A stretch of DNA of 64,000 bases, from the NCBI GenBank assembly GCA_035712285.1, contig DASTBA010000044.1, positions 1,954 through 65,953 on the forward strand. Reading direction: 5' to 3'. Below, piece by piece: positions 44,448 to 54,500 of the stretch. The DNA is from Gemmatimonadales bacterium. GTDB lineage: Bacteria > Gemmatimonadota > Gemmatimonadetes > Gemmatimonadales > GWC2-71-9. The notes below the pieces were generated by a model. It was given only the letters and a program-made list of their open reading frames with translations. It did not search any database and was not told the DNA's origin. Position numbers and translations under genes: made by a program. Position 1 is the first letter of the stretch. Every line of letters starts with the position of its first letter.

Positions 44448-44530
44448 GTAGCGGGCGGTCTGTCGTTCTGCGCGGGAAGCCCGGTTTTGCGCTGGAAGGC
44501 TCGGGAAGAGGCCTGATACTGGACTGATGA

Positions 44531-44586
44531 CTGAAGGCTGAACGCCATGGGCCACAAGCCTTTAGCGTTCAGCCTTCAGGCTTTTT
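44531..44586 (+). terminator. Intrinsic terminator downstream of ssb
   Basis: Perfect 15-bp stem: CTGAAGGCTGAACGC (44531-44545) pairs with GCGTTCAGCCTTCAG (44565-44579). The loop is 19 nt and is followed by GCTTTTT. Confidence 0.7.
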
Positions 44587-44667
44587 CTCCATGGCTCCCA
44601 TCTTGCTCCCGCGAGCCGTAGCAGTGGCGGTGGTGGTTCCTGTTTCGGCACACGGTACCAGCAGTCT

Positions 44668-45822
44668 ATGGAGAGACCCATGGCGCGACTCCCGATCGTC
44701 AGGATCGGCCTCGTCCTGCTTGGACTGGCCGGCACCACGCACGTGCTCGCCGCGCAGAATGCGCGTCCCGAGACGTACACGGTGAAGCCCGGCGACACCC
44801 TCTGGGACCTGGCTCGCCGCTTTTTGAGCGATCCGTTCCTGTGGCCCGAGATCTACCGGATCAATACCAGCGTCGTGGAGGATCCCCACTGGATCTACCC
44901 CGGCGAGGTGCTTCGGCTGGCGGCCACCGGGCCGGTGAGCAGCGTGCCCGCGACCGACACGCCGCCGCCCGAGCCGGTGGCGGCCGCGCCGGCCGCCGGC
45001 GCCGGTAATGCCGATGCCGCGCAGGCCATGGACACCCTCGGTCCCCGGGGCGAGGAGTGGAAGAAGTACTTCGTCAACCGTGACGACGCGATGCGCCAGG
45101 CGATCACCGGCTACGGCGTGTCGGAGTATCGTCCGCTCCGCCAGGGCGAGTTCTACTCGTCCGGTTTCCTGACCGAAGGCCGCAAGCTCCCGCTCGGCCG
45201 CCTGGTGAGCCCGGTGGTGCCGAGCCAGATCGAGGCCCGTCTCACCCGGCCCACCGCGCTGCTGACCAACCGGGTCTATATCACCCCGCCGTCGGGGGCG
45301 TCCTACCGCACCGGAGATTCGCTGCTCATCGTGACCCTGGGTCCGGATGTCGGCGGCTACGGCCGGATGGTCATGCCTTCCGGCATGCTGACGGTGACCG
45401 AAGTGGCGCCGGGCCGTACCGTGGGCCGGGTGATCGCCATGTACGGTGAAGTCGCGTCGGAGCAGTACGTGCTCCCGGTGGAGCCGTTCACGCCCGGCGG
45501 CACCCGCCAGGCCGTGCCGGTGACCGACGGGGTGCACGCCCATGTGCTGGCCGGCCCGCTCACCCAGGTGCTGCGCAGCCCGCAGGACGTGCTGTTCCTG
45601 GACAAGGGTCGCCGCGACGGCGTGGCGCCCGGCGACATCTTCGAGATCCGGCGCTCCGAGAAGCGCCGCTCCGATGGCGTGGTCACCGCGCCGGACGTGC
45701 TGGCCGTGGTGCAGGTGGTGCACGTGGGCGAGCGCTCGGCCACCGTGCGGATTCTCACCGCCACGGTCGGGGTCATCGCCGACGGCAGCGACAGCCATCA
45801 GGTGGCACGCCTGCCAAGCTGA
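44668..45822 (+). CDS. LysM domain-containing secreted protein
   Basis: Signal peptide (LVLLGLAGTTHVLAAQ) followed by a LysM domain (YTVKPGDTLWDLARRFL.DPFLWPEIYRIN......PHWIYPGEVL). Confidence 0.75.
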   Translation: MERPMARLPIVRIGLVLLGLAGTTHVLAAQNARPETYTVKPGDTLWDLARRFLSDPFLWPEIYRINTSVVEDPHWIYPGEVLRLAATGPVSSVPATDTPPPEPVAAAPAAGAGNADAAQAMDTLGPRGEEWKKYFVNRDDAMRQAITGYGVSEYRPLRQGEFYSSGFLTEGRKLPLGRLVSPVVPSQIEARLTRPTALLTNRVYITPPSGASYRTGDSLLIVTLGPDVGGYGRMVMPSGMLTVTEVAPGRTVGRVIAMYGEVASEQYVLPVEPFTPGGTRQAVPVTDGVHAHVLAGPLTQVLRSPQDVLFLDKGRRDGVAPGDIFEIRRSEKRRSDGVVTAPDVLAVVQVVHVGERSATVRILTATVGVIADGSDSHQVARLPS

Positions 45823-45852
45823 ACCGGGTTCCGTCCTCCGGACCCTGCCGAA

Positions 45853-45893
45853 GCGAAACGGCGTCCCGCAGCACGGGGCGCCGTTTTCGCTTG
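45853..45893 (+). terminator. Intrinsic terminator downstream of the LysM gene
   Basis: GCGAAACGGCGTCCCG cagca CGGGGCGCCGTTTTCGC: a long GC-rich stem (one mismatch) whose 3' arm runs into TTTTCGCTT. Confidence 0.6.
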
Positions 45894-45982
45894 CCCGCCT
45901 CGGTGCCCTCGCGGCGAGGGCGCCTCTATATTGCGGCACGCTCCGGCTCGGGGCGCTCCTTCAGCCGGAGGTCGTGGCCCGG

Positions 45983-46936
45983 ATGACTCGACGTGCGCTC
46001 ATCACCGGCGGAGCCGGGTTCATCGGTTCCCACGTGGCGGAGGCGTACCTGGCCGACGGCTGGGACGTCACGGTGGTGGACGATCTCTCGCGGGGGCGCG
46101 AGGCCAACGTGCCGGCGCGCGCGACCTTCCGGAAACTGGATGTGCGGAGTCCCGAGGCGCGCACCGTGATCGCGGAAGGCGGCTTCAGCGTCGTGAACCT
46201 GCAGGCGGCCCAGATCGACGTGCGGCACTCGGTGGCCGATCCGGCACACGATGCCAGCATCAATCTGCTGGGTCTCCTCAACCTGCTCGAGGGCGCGGCG
46301 GCCGGGGGGGTACGGCGGGTGGTCTTCGCCAGCAGCGGCGGGGTGCTCTACGGCGAGGCGGACCAGGTGCCCACGCCCGAGTCGGCTCCGGTGGGGCCGG
46401 TGTCCCCCTATGGCGTGAGCAAGCTCGCCGGCGAGCACTACCTGCGCTGCCTGGCCGCCCTGCGCGGGCTGGAGTGGGTGGCGCTCCGCTACGCCAACGT
46501 CTTCGGCCCGCGCCAGGATCCCAGGGGCGAGGCCGGCGTGGTGAGCATCTTCCTCGACCGGCTGCGGCAGCGCGAGCCGCTCACCGTGTTCGGCGACGGA
46601 CTGCAGACGCGCGACTACGTGTACGTGCGGGACGTGGCCCGCGCCAACCTGCTGGCGGCCACGGCCGCGATGCCGGCGGCGTCCGATCACAACTCCAGCG
46701 CCTTCAACATCGGCACCGGGCGCGAGATCTCCGTGCTGGATCTCGCACGGATCATGGCGGCAACGCTCGATACCCGTCCCGAAGTCCGGCACGAGGCCCC
46801 GCGGGCGGGCGAGCTCGCGCGCAGCGCACTCGACGCCGGCAAGGCGAGGCAGATCCTGGGCTGGCTGCCGGCCCATTCCTTCGAGGACGGCTTCCGCGAG
46901 ACGGTGGCCTGGTACGATGCGGAGACGAACGGATGA
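45983..46936 (+). CDS. NAD-dependent epimerase/dehydratase (GalE-like SDR)
   Basis: ALITGGAGFIGSHV and SPYGVSKLAGE (YxxxK). The stop overlaps the tolQ start (ATGA). The track ORF 45542..46936 is an over-extension. Confidence 0.8.
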   Translation: MTRRALITGGAGFIGSHVAEAYLADGWDVTVVDDLSRGREANVPARATFRKLDVRSPEARTVIAEGGFSVVNLQAAQIDVRHSVADPAHDASINLLGLLNLLEGAAAGGVRRVVFASSGGVLYGEADQVPTPESAPVGPVSPYGVSKLAGEHYLRCLAALRGLEWVALRYANVFGPRQDPRGEAGVVSIFLDRLRQREPLTVFGDGLQTRDYVYVRDVARANLLAATAAMPAASDHNSSAFNIGTGREISVLDLARIMAATLDTRPEVRHEAPRAGELARSALDAGKARQILGWLPAHSFEDGFRETVAWYDAETNG

Positions 46937-47649
46937 TGCTGCTGCAACAGGGCGGAGCGGTACCCCAGAGCGTGCTCGAACTGGTGCGAACCTCGAGCAT
47001 CGAGACCAAGGTCGTGCTTGTGGTCATCGCCCTCTTCTCGCTGGCGAGCTGGTTCGTCATCGGCCTGAAGTGGTGGCAGTTCCGGCGGCTCAACCGCCAG
47101 GCCGAGCGTTTCTTCGCGGAGATGGAGCGAAGCACGCGGCTGGAGGAGGCCTACCAGCATGTGATGCGGCAGCCGGGATCGCCCTATACCCGTCTCTTCA
47201 GCGAGGCGATCCAGTTCTACAACGAACTGCGTCCCGGCGGGATGAAGGCGGGACCGGACGCACGGCACGACGTACTGACGCTCACCCAGCTCGAGGCGCT
47301 GAAGATGGTGCTGGGCAAGGAGGTCTCCTCCGAGCGGGACATGCTGGGACACTACATCACCTGGCTGGCGACCATCGGCTCCGTGGGCGTGCTCCTGGGG
47401 CTGCTCGGCACGGTGCTCGGCGTGATGGATGCGTTCATCGGCATCGCGACGCGCGGCTCGGGGAACATCGGGGCGGTGGCGCCCGGTGTGGCGGAGGCGC
47501 TGGTCACCACGGTGGCCGGCCTCGCGACCTCGATCCCGGCGATCATCGGCTACAACTACTTCGTGAACAAGGTGCGGCTCTTCACCGGGGAGCTCGAGGG
47601 CTTCGCCAACGAGCTGATCGGCACCATGGCGCGCGAGGGGCTGCTCTGA
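46933..47649 (+). CDS. tolQ: Tol-Pal system protein TolQ (MotA/TolQ/ExbB proton channel)
   Basis: Three TM segments and the conserved C-terminal GLLGTVLGVM.AF...........VAPGVAEALVTTVAGL. Confidence 0.85.
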   Translation: MMLLQQGGAVPQSVLELVRTSSIETKVVLVVIALFSLASWFVIGLKWWQFRRLNRQAERFFAEMERSTRLEEAYQHVMRQPGSPYTRLFSEAIQFYNELRPGGMKAGPDARHDVLTLTQLEALKMVLGKEVSSERDMLGHYITWLATIGSVGVLLGLLGTVLGVMDAFIGIATRGSGNIGAVAPGVAEALVTTVAGLATSIPAIIGYNYFVNKVRLFTGELEGFANELIGTMAREGLL

Positions 47650-47650
47650 G

Positions 47651-48085
47651 ATGGCGGGGAGCCTGGGCGGCGGGCTGGGCCAGCAGCGCGGCGACCTTCC
47701 GCTCAACGCGGACATCAATGTCACGTCGCTGGTGGACGTCGCCTTCGTGCTGCTGATCATCTTCATGATCACGGCCCCGATCATGCAGGGCGGCGTGGAC
47801 GTGCAGCTCCCGCGGGCCGAGGCGCGCCCGATCGAACCGAAGGAAGGCATGGTCGTCACGGTGAACCGGAGCGGGCAGATCTTCATCGACGAGACCGCGA
47901 TCACCTACAGCGACTTCAAGATCACGTTCCCGTCCATCGTGGCCGCGAAGAAGCCGAATGGCGTGTTCCTCCGGGCGGACAGCCGTGTCCCCTATGGCGA
48001 CGTGGTACGGGTGCTGGCCGTGATCCGGGTGGCCGGGGTGCAGAACGTGGGGCTCGTGGCGCAGGAGGAGGAGCAGGGCAAGTGA
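47651..48085 (+). CDS. tolR: Tol-Pal system protein TolR (ExbD/TolR family)
   Basis: INVTSLVDVAFVLLIIFMITAP (conserved Asp in the TM helix) and VFLRAD..VPYG.VV.V. Confidence 0.85.
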   Translation: MAGSLGGGLGQQRGDLPLNADINVTSLVDVAFVLLIIFMITAPIMQGGVDVQLPRAEARPIEPKEGMVVTVNRSGQIFIDETAITYSDFKITFPSIVAAKKPNGVFLRADSRVPYGDVVRVLAVIRVAGVQNVGLVAQEEEQGK

Positions 48086-48816
48086 TGGGGCGGGCCGGGG
48101 CGCAGCGTCCGCGGGGAGTGGCCGCCGGCTTCTGCTGGACGCTGGCGGTGCATGGGGCGGCGCTCGGCTTCCTGCTGGGCGTCGTGAAGGAACCGCCTCC
48201 CTCGCCGCCGGTGTATGCCATCGAGCTGGTCGCCGCGCCGCCGCCGTCTCCCCGCCAGCGGCTGGCGCCGGAGGCGCTGCCGACCGCACCTGCTCCGGAG
48301 CCGCCAGCGCCGGCCAGGTCCACTCCGAAGCCGGCCGAAAAGACCGCGCCGGTGCCGAAGCCGAAGGACACGCCGAAGGTGGAACCGAAGAAGCCGTCGC
48401 CCCCGTCCGCCGAGGCGAAGGCAAACGCGGAGCCGGCGGCGAAGACCTCGGCGCCGGAGGCCCCGGCACCGGGCGAGACGCCGAGCACCGGCCGCGATGC
48501 GACGACGGTCAAGACCCCGGGACTTGATTTCCCGTTTCCGGAGTACCTCCGGAACGTCGCCAACCAGATCTACCGCCGGTGGAGCCGCCCGACCGGCAAC
48601 GTGCGGCTGCGCGCCGAGATCTTCTTCCTCATTCACCGGGACGGATCGGTGACCGATATCCGCTTCGTGACACGCTCCGGCAGCTTCTCGTACGACCTCG
48701 ACGCCCAGGGCGCCATCGAGGCGTCGGGCCGGGCCGGCGCCTTCGGTGCGCTGCCCGACGGCTGGGCCAACGACGTACTACCGATCAGCTTCTACTTCGA
48801 GCCTCGCACCCAATGA
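48082..48816 (+). CDS. tolA: TolA-like / TonB-C-terminal-domain energy transducer
   Basis: N-terminal anchor, a Pro/Ala/Lys-rich spacer, and a C-terminal TonB_C-like fold (YL..V...I.R.W..P....LRAEIFFLIHRDGSVTDI). Its position between tolR and tolB supports the call. Confidence 0.7.
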   Translation: MMGRAGAQRPRGVAAGFCWTLAVHGAALGFLLGVVKEPPPSPPVYAIELVAAPPPSPRQRLAPEALPTAPAPEPPAPARSTPKPAEKTAPVPKPKDTPKVEPKKPSPPSAEAKANAEPAAKTSAPEAPAPGETPSTGRDATTVKTPGLDFPFPEYLRNVANQIYRRWSRPTGNVRLRAEIFFLIHRDGSVTDIRFVTRSGSFSYDLDAQGAIEASGRAGAFGALPDGWANDVLPISFYFEPRTQ

Positions 48817-50120
48817 GATCACATCTTCTGCTCGCGGGCCTGACCCTTGCCGCCGCGGCCGTCCCGCTGGCCGCGCAGAATCCCGACCAGGACCGGGCGC
48901 AGGACGCAATCCGCATCGGGATCACCTACCGGCCGGGCACGCGCCCCGGGATGGTGGTGGTGCCCGGTCCGGGGCTGGACTCGGTCCGGGCGATCGTGCG
49001 CCGCGATCTCGACTACAGCGACAAGTTCCAGATGATCGCGGTGCCGCTCACCGGCGCGGGCGGGCCGCTCAACGCGGATCTCTACCATCGCCAGTTCGGG
49101 GCTGACCAGGCGGTGGAGATCCTGCCGGCGCCGGGCGGGGTCCAGGTCCGGCTGCACGACCTCGCCGCCGGACGCATGCGCAACCAGCAGTCGTTCGCCC
49201 TGCCGCCGGCAACGTCATCCGCATTCCGCCTGGCGGTGCACCGGGTCAGCGACGAGATCGTGCGCTGGGCGGCGGGCAGCGACGGGTACGCCGCGAGCCG
49301 GCTGCTGTATCTCGAGAATGGCCGCATCTGGCGGGTGGACAGCGACGGAGCCGACGCGACGCCGGTGACGCCCGCCAATGAACGCGCGCTCTCCAACGCC
49401 TGGGCGCCGGACGGCCGGCGCATCGCGTACACCCGCTTCGATGCCGGCCGCGGCGCGATCGTGATCGAGGATCTCCAGACGGGGGCGCGCAGCGTGGTGG
49501 CGGGCACCGACCGCGACCTCAACTTCGCCCCCGCATTCTCCCCCGACGGGCGGATGATGGCGTACTCGCGTGCGGAAGAGAGCGGCGCCACCAACATCTT
49601 CACCAGCAATGTGGCCTCCAACTGCTGTGCGCAGCGCTTGACCGTGCGCGGCTTCTCGGACAACTTGAGTCCCACGTACTCGCCGGACGGGCGCCGCATC
49701 GCCTTCGTCTCGACCCGGGCCGGCCCGCCGCAGATCTACGTGATGAGCGTGGACGGCACCGACCAGGAGCTGCTGGCGGCGTTCGATTTCGGGGCGACGG
49801 GGCCGTCGTTCGCGCCGGAATGGTCCCCGGATGGCGCGAGCGTGGTGTTTCACCGCGAGGTTTCCCGGAGCCCGCAGATCTTCATCCTGGACGTCGCCTC
49901 CGGCCGCGTGAAACAGCTGACGTCGGTGGGGCGGAACGAGGACGCCACATGGGCGCCGGACAGCCGGCACATCGCGTTCGTGTCGGACCGGACCGGGCGC
50001 CGGCAGCTGTGGGTGGTGGACACCGAGACGGGACGTGTCCGGCAGATCAGCACGGCGGGCGCCGCCCGCCTTCCTTCGTGGTCCCGCCGGCTCGGCGGGG
50101 CCGGTGGTGCCAATCCTTAA
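48813..50120 (+). CDS. tolB: Tol-Pal system beta-propeller protein TolB
   Basis: Signal peptide followed by repeated WxPDG blades (WAPDGRRIAY, FSPDGRMMAY, YSPDGRRIAF, WSPDGASVVF, WAPDSRHIAF). Confidence 0.88.
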   Translation: MRSHLLLAGLTLAAAAVPLAAQNPDQDRAQDAIRIGITYRPGTRPGMVVVPGPGLDSVRAIVRRDLDYSDKFQMIAVPLTGAGGPLNADLYHRQFGADQAVEILPAPGGVQVRLHDLAAGRMRNQQSFALPPATSSAFRLAVHRVSDEIVRWAAGSDGYAASRLLYLENGRIWRVDSDGADATPVTPANERALSNAWAPDGRRIAYTRFDAGRGAIVIEDLQTGARSVVAGTDRDLNFAPAFSPDGRMMAYSRAEESGATNIFTSNVASNCCAQRLTVRGFSDNLSPTYSPDGRRIAFVSTRAGPPQIYVMSVDGTDQELLAAFDFGATGPSFAPEWSPDGASVVFHREVSRSPQIFILDVASGRVKQLTSVGRNEDATWAPDSRHIAFVSDRTGRRQLWVVDTETGRVRQISTAGAARLPSWSRRLGGAGGANP

Positions 50121-50142
50121 AAGCGTACTGGAGTGCCGAGTC

Positions 50143-50742
50143 ATGAAGCGAATCAGCGGAATCCTGGTCCTGATGGGTGCATCGGTCCTGGCGGCGGGCT
50201 GCGGCGGCAAGCCCGCGCCGGAGCAGCCGGCCCCGGTGGCGTCCACGGTGGACAGCGCGGCCATCCGCGCGCGCCAGCGCCAGGACTCGATTGATGCGGA
50301 GAACCGGCGCCGGGCCGAGGACGAGGCGCGCCGCGCCGCCGCCGCCAACGCCGCGTCGGAGGCGATGGCCGCCCTCCGGAACGACATGACGGCCATGATC
50401 CACTTCGACTACAACGTGGCTGACATCCGGCCGGAGGATCAGGGGATCCTCGACCGCAAGGCGGCCATCCTGAACGCGAATGCCGCGGTCCGGCTCCGGA
50501 TCAGCGGGCACGCCGACGAGCGGGGCTCCGACGAATACAACCTCGCGCTCGGCAACCGCCGCGCTGCCGCGGCCAAGCGCTACCTGGTCAACCGGGGCGT
50601 GGCGGACAGCCGCATTGACGTGATCTCGTACGGCGAGGAGCGGCCCATCGCGATGGGCAGCACCGAAGAGGCCTACGCGCAGAATCGCCGGGACGAGTTC
50701 GAGATGACGGCGGGCGGTGACGCGCTCGTCGCGCCGCAATGA
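50143..50742 (+). CDS. pal: Peptidoglycan-associated lipoprotein Pal (OmpA-like)
   Basis: Lipobox VLAAGCGG. OmpA_C domain: IHFDYNVADIRPE....L......L......L.ISGHADERGSDEYNLALGNRRAAAAKRYLV..GV. Confidence 0.88.
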   Translation: MKRISGILVLMGASVLAAGCGGKPAPEQPAPVASTVDSAAIRARQRQDSIDAENRRRAEDEARRAAAANAASEAMAALRNDMTAMIHFDYNVADIRPEDQGILDRKAAILNANAAVRLRISGHADERGSDEYNLALGNRRAAAAKRYLVNRGVADSRIDVISYGEERPIAMGSTEEAYAQNRRDEFEMTAGGDALVAPQ

Positions 50743-51536
50743 TCCGGCGCGGCCTGGTGGCGGTGTCCGCGCTGCTCCTCGGGGCGTGTGCCCTGAGGAG
50801 CGACGTGCGGCGGGTGGAGGACCAGGTCACCCAGCTGCGGGACGTCCAGGAGCGGCGGGACACGGAGCGCGCCCGCCAGCTGGCGGACATCATCCGGCTG
50901 CAGCAGGCGATGCTGGACTCCATTGCCAGCACGAAGGCGTCGGTGGCGCAGCTCCGCGGCGACGTGGCCAACGACCTCTACAACGTGCAGCAGCAGCTGG
51001 TGCAGCTGCAGGAACTGACCGGCCAGAGCCAGCGGCGGCTGACCGAACTCCGCACCCAGCTCGAGCGGCGGGCCGAAGAGCTGCAGCAGTCGGGTGAATC
51101 GACGGGTGCCGCCCCGCCCCGGGACAGCACGGCCGGCGCCGCGCCTCCTGCGGCCCCGCAGCCCTCCGCCGACCAGATGTACGAGACGTCCCTCGGCCAG
51201 CTGCGGCTGGGCAGCGCCAGCACGGCGCGCCTGGGCTTCCGCGAGATGCTCAAGGCCTGGCCGGCGAGTGACAAGGCGCCGGACGCGGTGTACTACATCG
51301 GCCAGAGCTTCGAGACGGAGAACGCCGATTCGGCGCTGTACTACTACACGCAGGTGACACAGAGCTATGCCTCGTCGCCGCGCGCGGGCGCCGCGTACTA
51401 TCACATCGGGCTGATCAGGGAGCGCGCCAACGACAGGGCCGCCGCCCGCGCGGCGTACCAGAAGGTGGTCCAGGGCTTTCCCAACTCGGACGAGGCCTCG
51501 CTCGCCCGCGACCGTCTGAAGGCGCTCGGGTCCTGA
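50739..51536 (+). CDS. cpoB: Tol-Pal system protein CpoB/YbgF
   Basis: Signal/lipobox (LLLGACAL), an N-terminal coiled coil, and C-terminal TPR units (ALYYYTQV...YASSPRAGAAYYHIGLI). ATGA overlap with pal. Confidence 0.75.
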   Translation: MIRRGLVAVSALLLGACALRSDVRRVEDQVTQLRDVQERRDTERARQLADIIRLQQAMLDSIASTKASVAQLRGDVANDLYNVQQQLVQLQELTGQSQRRLTELRTQLERRAEELQQSGESTGAAPPRDSTAGAAPPAAPQPSADQMYETSLGQLRLGSASTARLGFREMLKAWPASDKAPDAVYYIGQSFETENADSALYYYTQVTQSYASSPRAGAAYYHIGLIRERANDRAAARAAYQKVVQGFPNSDEASLARDRLKALGS

Positions 51537-51564
51537 GCCCGGGCGCCGCCGCCTGGTTCCCGCC

Positions 51565-54500
51565 ATGAACGGCTCCGGCGCCGAAATGCCGTTCCTCGAC
51601 CACCTCGAGGAACTCCGAACCCGCCTCCTCCGCGCGCTGATCGCGCTGGTGGCGGGTTTTGCGCTGGGGTTCTACCTGGTCCAGCGGTACCAGCTCGTCG
51701 GCGTCATCTCGAAGCCGATCCAGCCGTTCCTGGGCGCCACCGGCAAGCTCACGGTGCTCACGCCCACCGAGCCGGTGATGATCGTGTTCAAGCTGGCCTT
51801 CGTCGTGGGCCTCGTGTTCGCCGCGCCGTTCGTGCTCTGGCAGATCTGGGCCTTCCTCGCGCCGGCGCTGTACCTGAAGGAGAAGCGGGTCATCGTGCCG
51901 GCACTGTTCGTCGGCAGCGGGCTGTTTGTGGTGGGCGCCGTCCTCGGCTGGCTGTTCGTCGTCCCGCAGTCGCTGCGGGTGCTCTTCAGCTTCCAGACCG
52001 AAGCGCTCTCGCCGATGATCACCTACGACGGATACTTCTCCTTCCTCGTGCAGGTGCTCATCGCCCTCGGCGTGTCCTTCGAGCTGCCCCTCATCATCTT
52101 CGTGCTCGCGTGGCTCGGCGTGGCCACGCCGGCCCGGCTCAACAGCTTCCGGCGGTTCGCCATCGTGCTGGCGTGCATGGCAGGCGCGATCCTCTCCCCC
52201 GGCACCGATCTCATCACGATGGTGATGTTCACCATCCCGCTGCTCATCCTCTACGAGATCGGCTTCCTGGCGAGCGTGCTGCTCAGCCGGCGGCGCCGGA
52301 AGGTGGAGGCCGCCGCCGTCCTCGTGCTGCTGCTGCTGGGCGCCGGCCGGGCGGACGCGCAGGGCGTGCCGGGGCGAGCCAGGCCGGCGCCTGCGGACAC
52401 CGGCAAGCCCGCGCCTGCCGCCCGGACCGACTCGCTGCGCCCCGATTCGGCGCTCCAGGCCCAGGGAACGGACAGCGTGCTCGACGCACTGCTGCAGCGC
52501 GCCGGCTTTGTGGTGACGAAGTACCGGGCGGACTCGGCGTCCTTCACGGCCAGCGACCGGCGGCTGGAGCTCAACGGTCATGCGCATGCCGAACGGGAGG
52601 GGGCCGTGCTCGATGCCCGGCACATCGCCTACGACCAGGCGGAGTGTCTCCTCACCGCGAACGGGAAGCCGGTCCTGAAGGAGGGCGAACGGACCCTCGC
52701 GGGCGAGGGAATCCGCTATGACACCTGCCGCAAGCGCGGCACGGTGCATGGCGGCCAGACGGAGTTCTCCGAGGGAGGAACGACCTGGTTCATCCGCGGG
52801 AATGTGCAGAAGGATTCCAGCTCCACGCGGCTCTTTGCCGGCTCGAGCGAGATCACCTCGTGCGTGCTGCCCTCGCCGCACTATCACTTCGCCGCCCGCC
52901 GCATCAAGTGGCTGTCGGGCGACATGCTGGTGGCGCGGCCGGTGGTGCTCTACATCCGCGACGTCCCGATCCTCTGGCTGCCGTTCATCTTCCAGGACAC
53001 GCGGCCGGGCCGCCATTCGGGCATCCTGGTGCCCAAGGTCGGCATCAACGACATCTTCCGGACCTCCCGCACCTACAATCGCCAGATCACCAACATCGGC
53101 TATTACTGGGCGCCCAGTCCCTATCTGGACCTCACGGCGCGCATGGACTGGTATTCGGGGCGCTATCTCCAGTTCGGCGTGGCCAGCCAGTATCGCGTGC
53201 TCAACCGGTTCCTGAGCGGGGCACTGGAGGTGAACCGGCAGTTCGAGTCGGGCGGGGGCAGCGGCTTCGGGGTGCGGTGGTCCCACCAGCAGGCGTTCAA
53301 CATCTCGACCAACCTGAACCTCGACATCAACTACCTGAGCAACACGAAGATCGTGGACCGGAATGCCCTCGATCCGCTCCTCAACACGCAGCAGGTGACC
53401 AGCAGCTTCAACTTCACCAAGCGATACGGGTGGGGGTCGCTGTCGCTGGGCGGCAATCGCCGGCAGAACCTGTCCGACAGCACCTCCACCACCCAGCTGC
53501 CGTCGCTCACCATCTCGCCCAAGCCGCTGGACCTGGGGCGGAACATCACCTGGACGCCGGGACTCAGTCTCGTGCGGACGGAGGACCGGAACCGCCCGCT
53601 GGCGCCGCTCCTGGTGTTCAATCCGGATGGCAGCACCGACACGGTGCCGCAGGTGGCCAGCAACCGGGTGACGTCGCTCAACTTCGACACGCCGTTCCGG
53701 ATCGGCGGCTTCAACTGGCGGAACACGCTGACGATGCAGGACGCCCGCCTGAGCGGCCGGCAGGTGGACTCGCTGCGGCAGCCGGACCTGACCACGCCGG
53801 ACCCGAACGACTCGGTCACCGTCTACACCACCGCCCCCGGCGATTTCGAGACCGACCTCAACTGGGACACCGGCATCAACCTGCCGCTCCTCCTGCGTTC
53901 GACTTGGAAGTTGCAGCCAAGTGTCGGCATCACCAACGCCTCGACCCAGAGTCCGTACTATGCGGTGCGCAACCGGGAAACGGGCGGGGCCTGGGTCTTC
54001 CAGAAGAAGCGCCTGCTCCTGAGCGCCACGCTCTCGCCGACCTTCTTCTTCCTGTCCCGGGGCGGCATCGGGCCGGTCACGCGGTTCCGCCACAGCTTCT
54101 CCCCGCTGATCCGCTGGGACTACGCACCGGCAGCCACCGTGCCCGAGGCCTTTGCCCGGGCCGTGGTCGGGCCCAATGGCACGCCGGTGCTGCGAAGCGA
54201 CGCCCGCCAGACGCTGAGCGTCTCGCTCACCCAGAGCCTGGAGGGGAAGGGGCGGTCCAGGCCGGGCGATTCCCTGGGCGTCTCCGCGCGGAAGTTCCGC
54301 ATCCTGAGCATCTCCACCAGTGGCGTCACCTACGACTTCGAGCAGGCGAAGAAGCCGGGGATGAACGGGTGGACCACGCAGAGCGTCACGAACACCGTCC
54401 TCAGCGACCTGCTGCCGGGGTTCAACGTGAGCATCACGCACAACCTCTGGGCGGGGCAGGTGGGCGTGGACACTTCCCGGTTCTCGCCGTTCCTGCAGAA

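Noticed and set aside
44591-44785. 64-aa ORF in the ssb-LysM intergenic region, considered as a possible small protein.
   Set aside because: It overlaps the LysM gene start out of frame, has no SD, and begins inside the terminator's T-tract region. It is most likely spurious.
48215-48480. Repetitive-looking Pro/Ala/Lys-coding DNA in the tolA-like gene, and the acidic repeats at 58250-59000.
   Set aside because: This is protein-level low complexity (spacer or disordered regions), not tandem DNA repeats or a CRISPR-like array. No regular unit length is visible.
52285-52305. SRRRRK at the TatC/LptD junction, considered as a possible twin-arginine (Tat) signal.
   Set aside because: The motif lacks the hydrophobic x-F-L-K continuation of the S/T-R-R-x-F-L-K consensus. 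Beta-barrel outer-membrane proteins are Sec substrates. A simple positive-inside n-region is the more economical reading.
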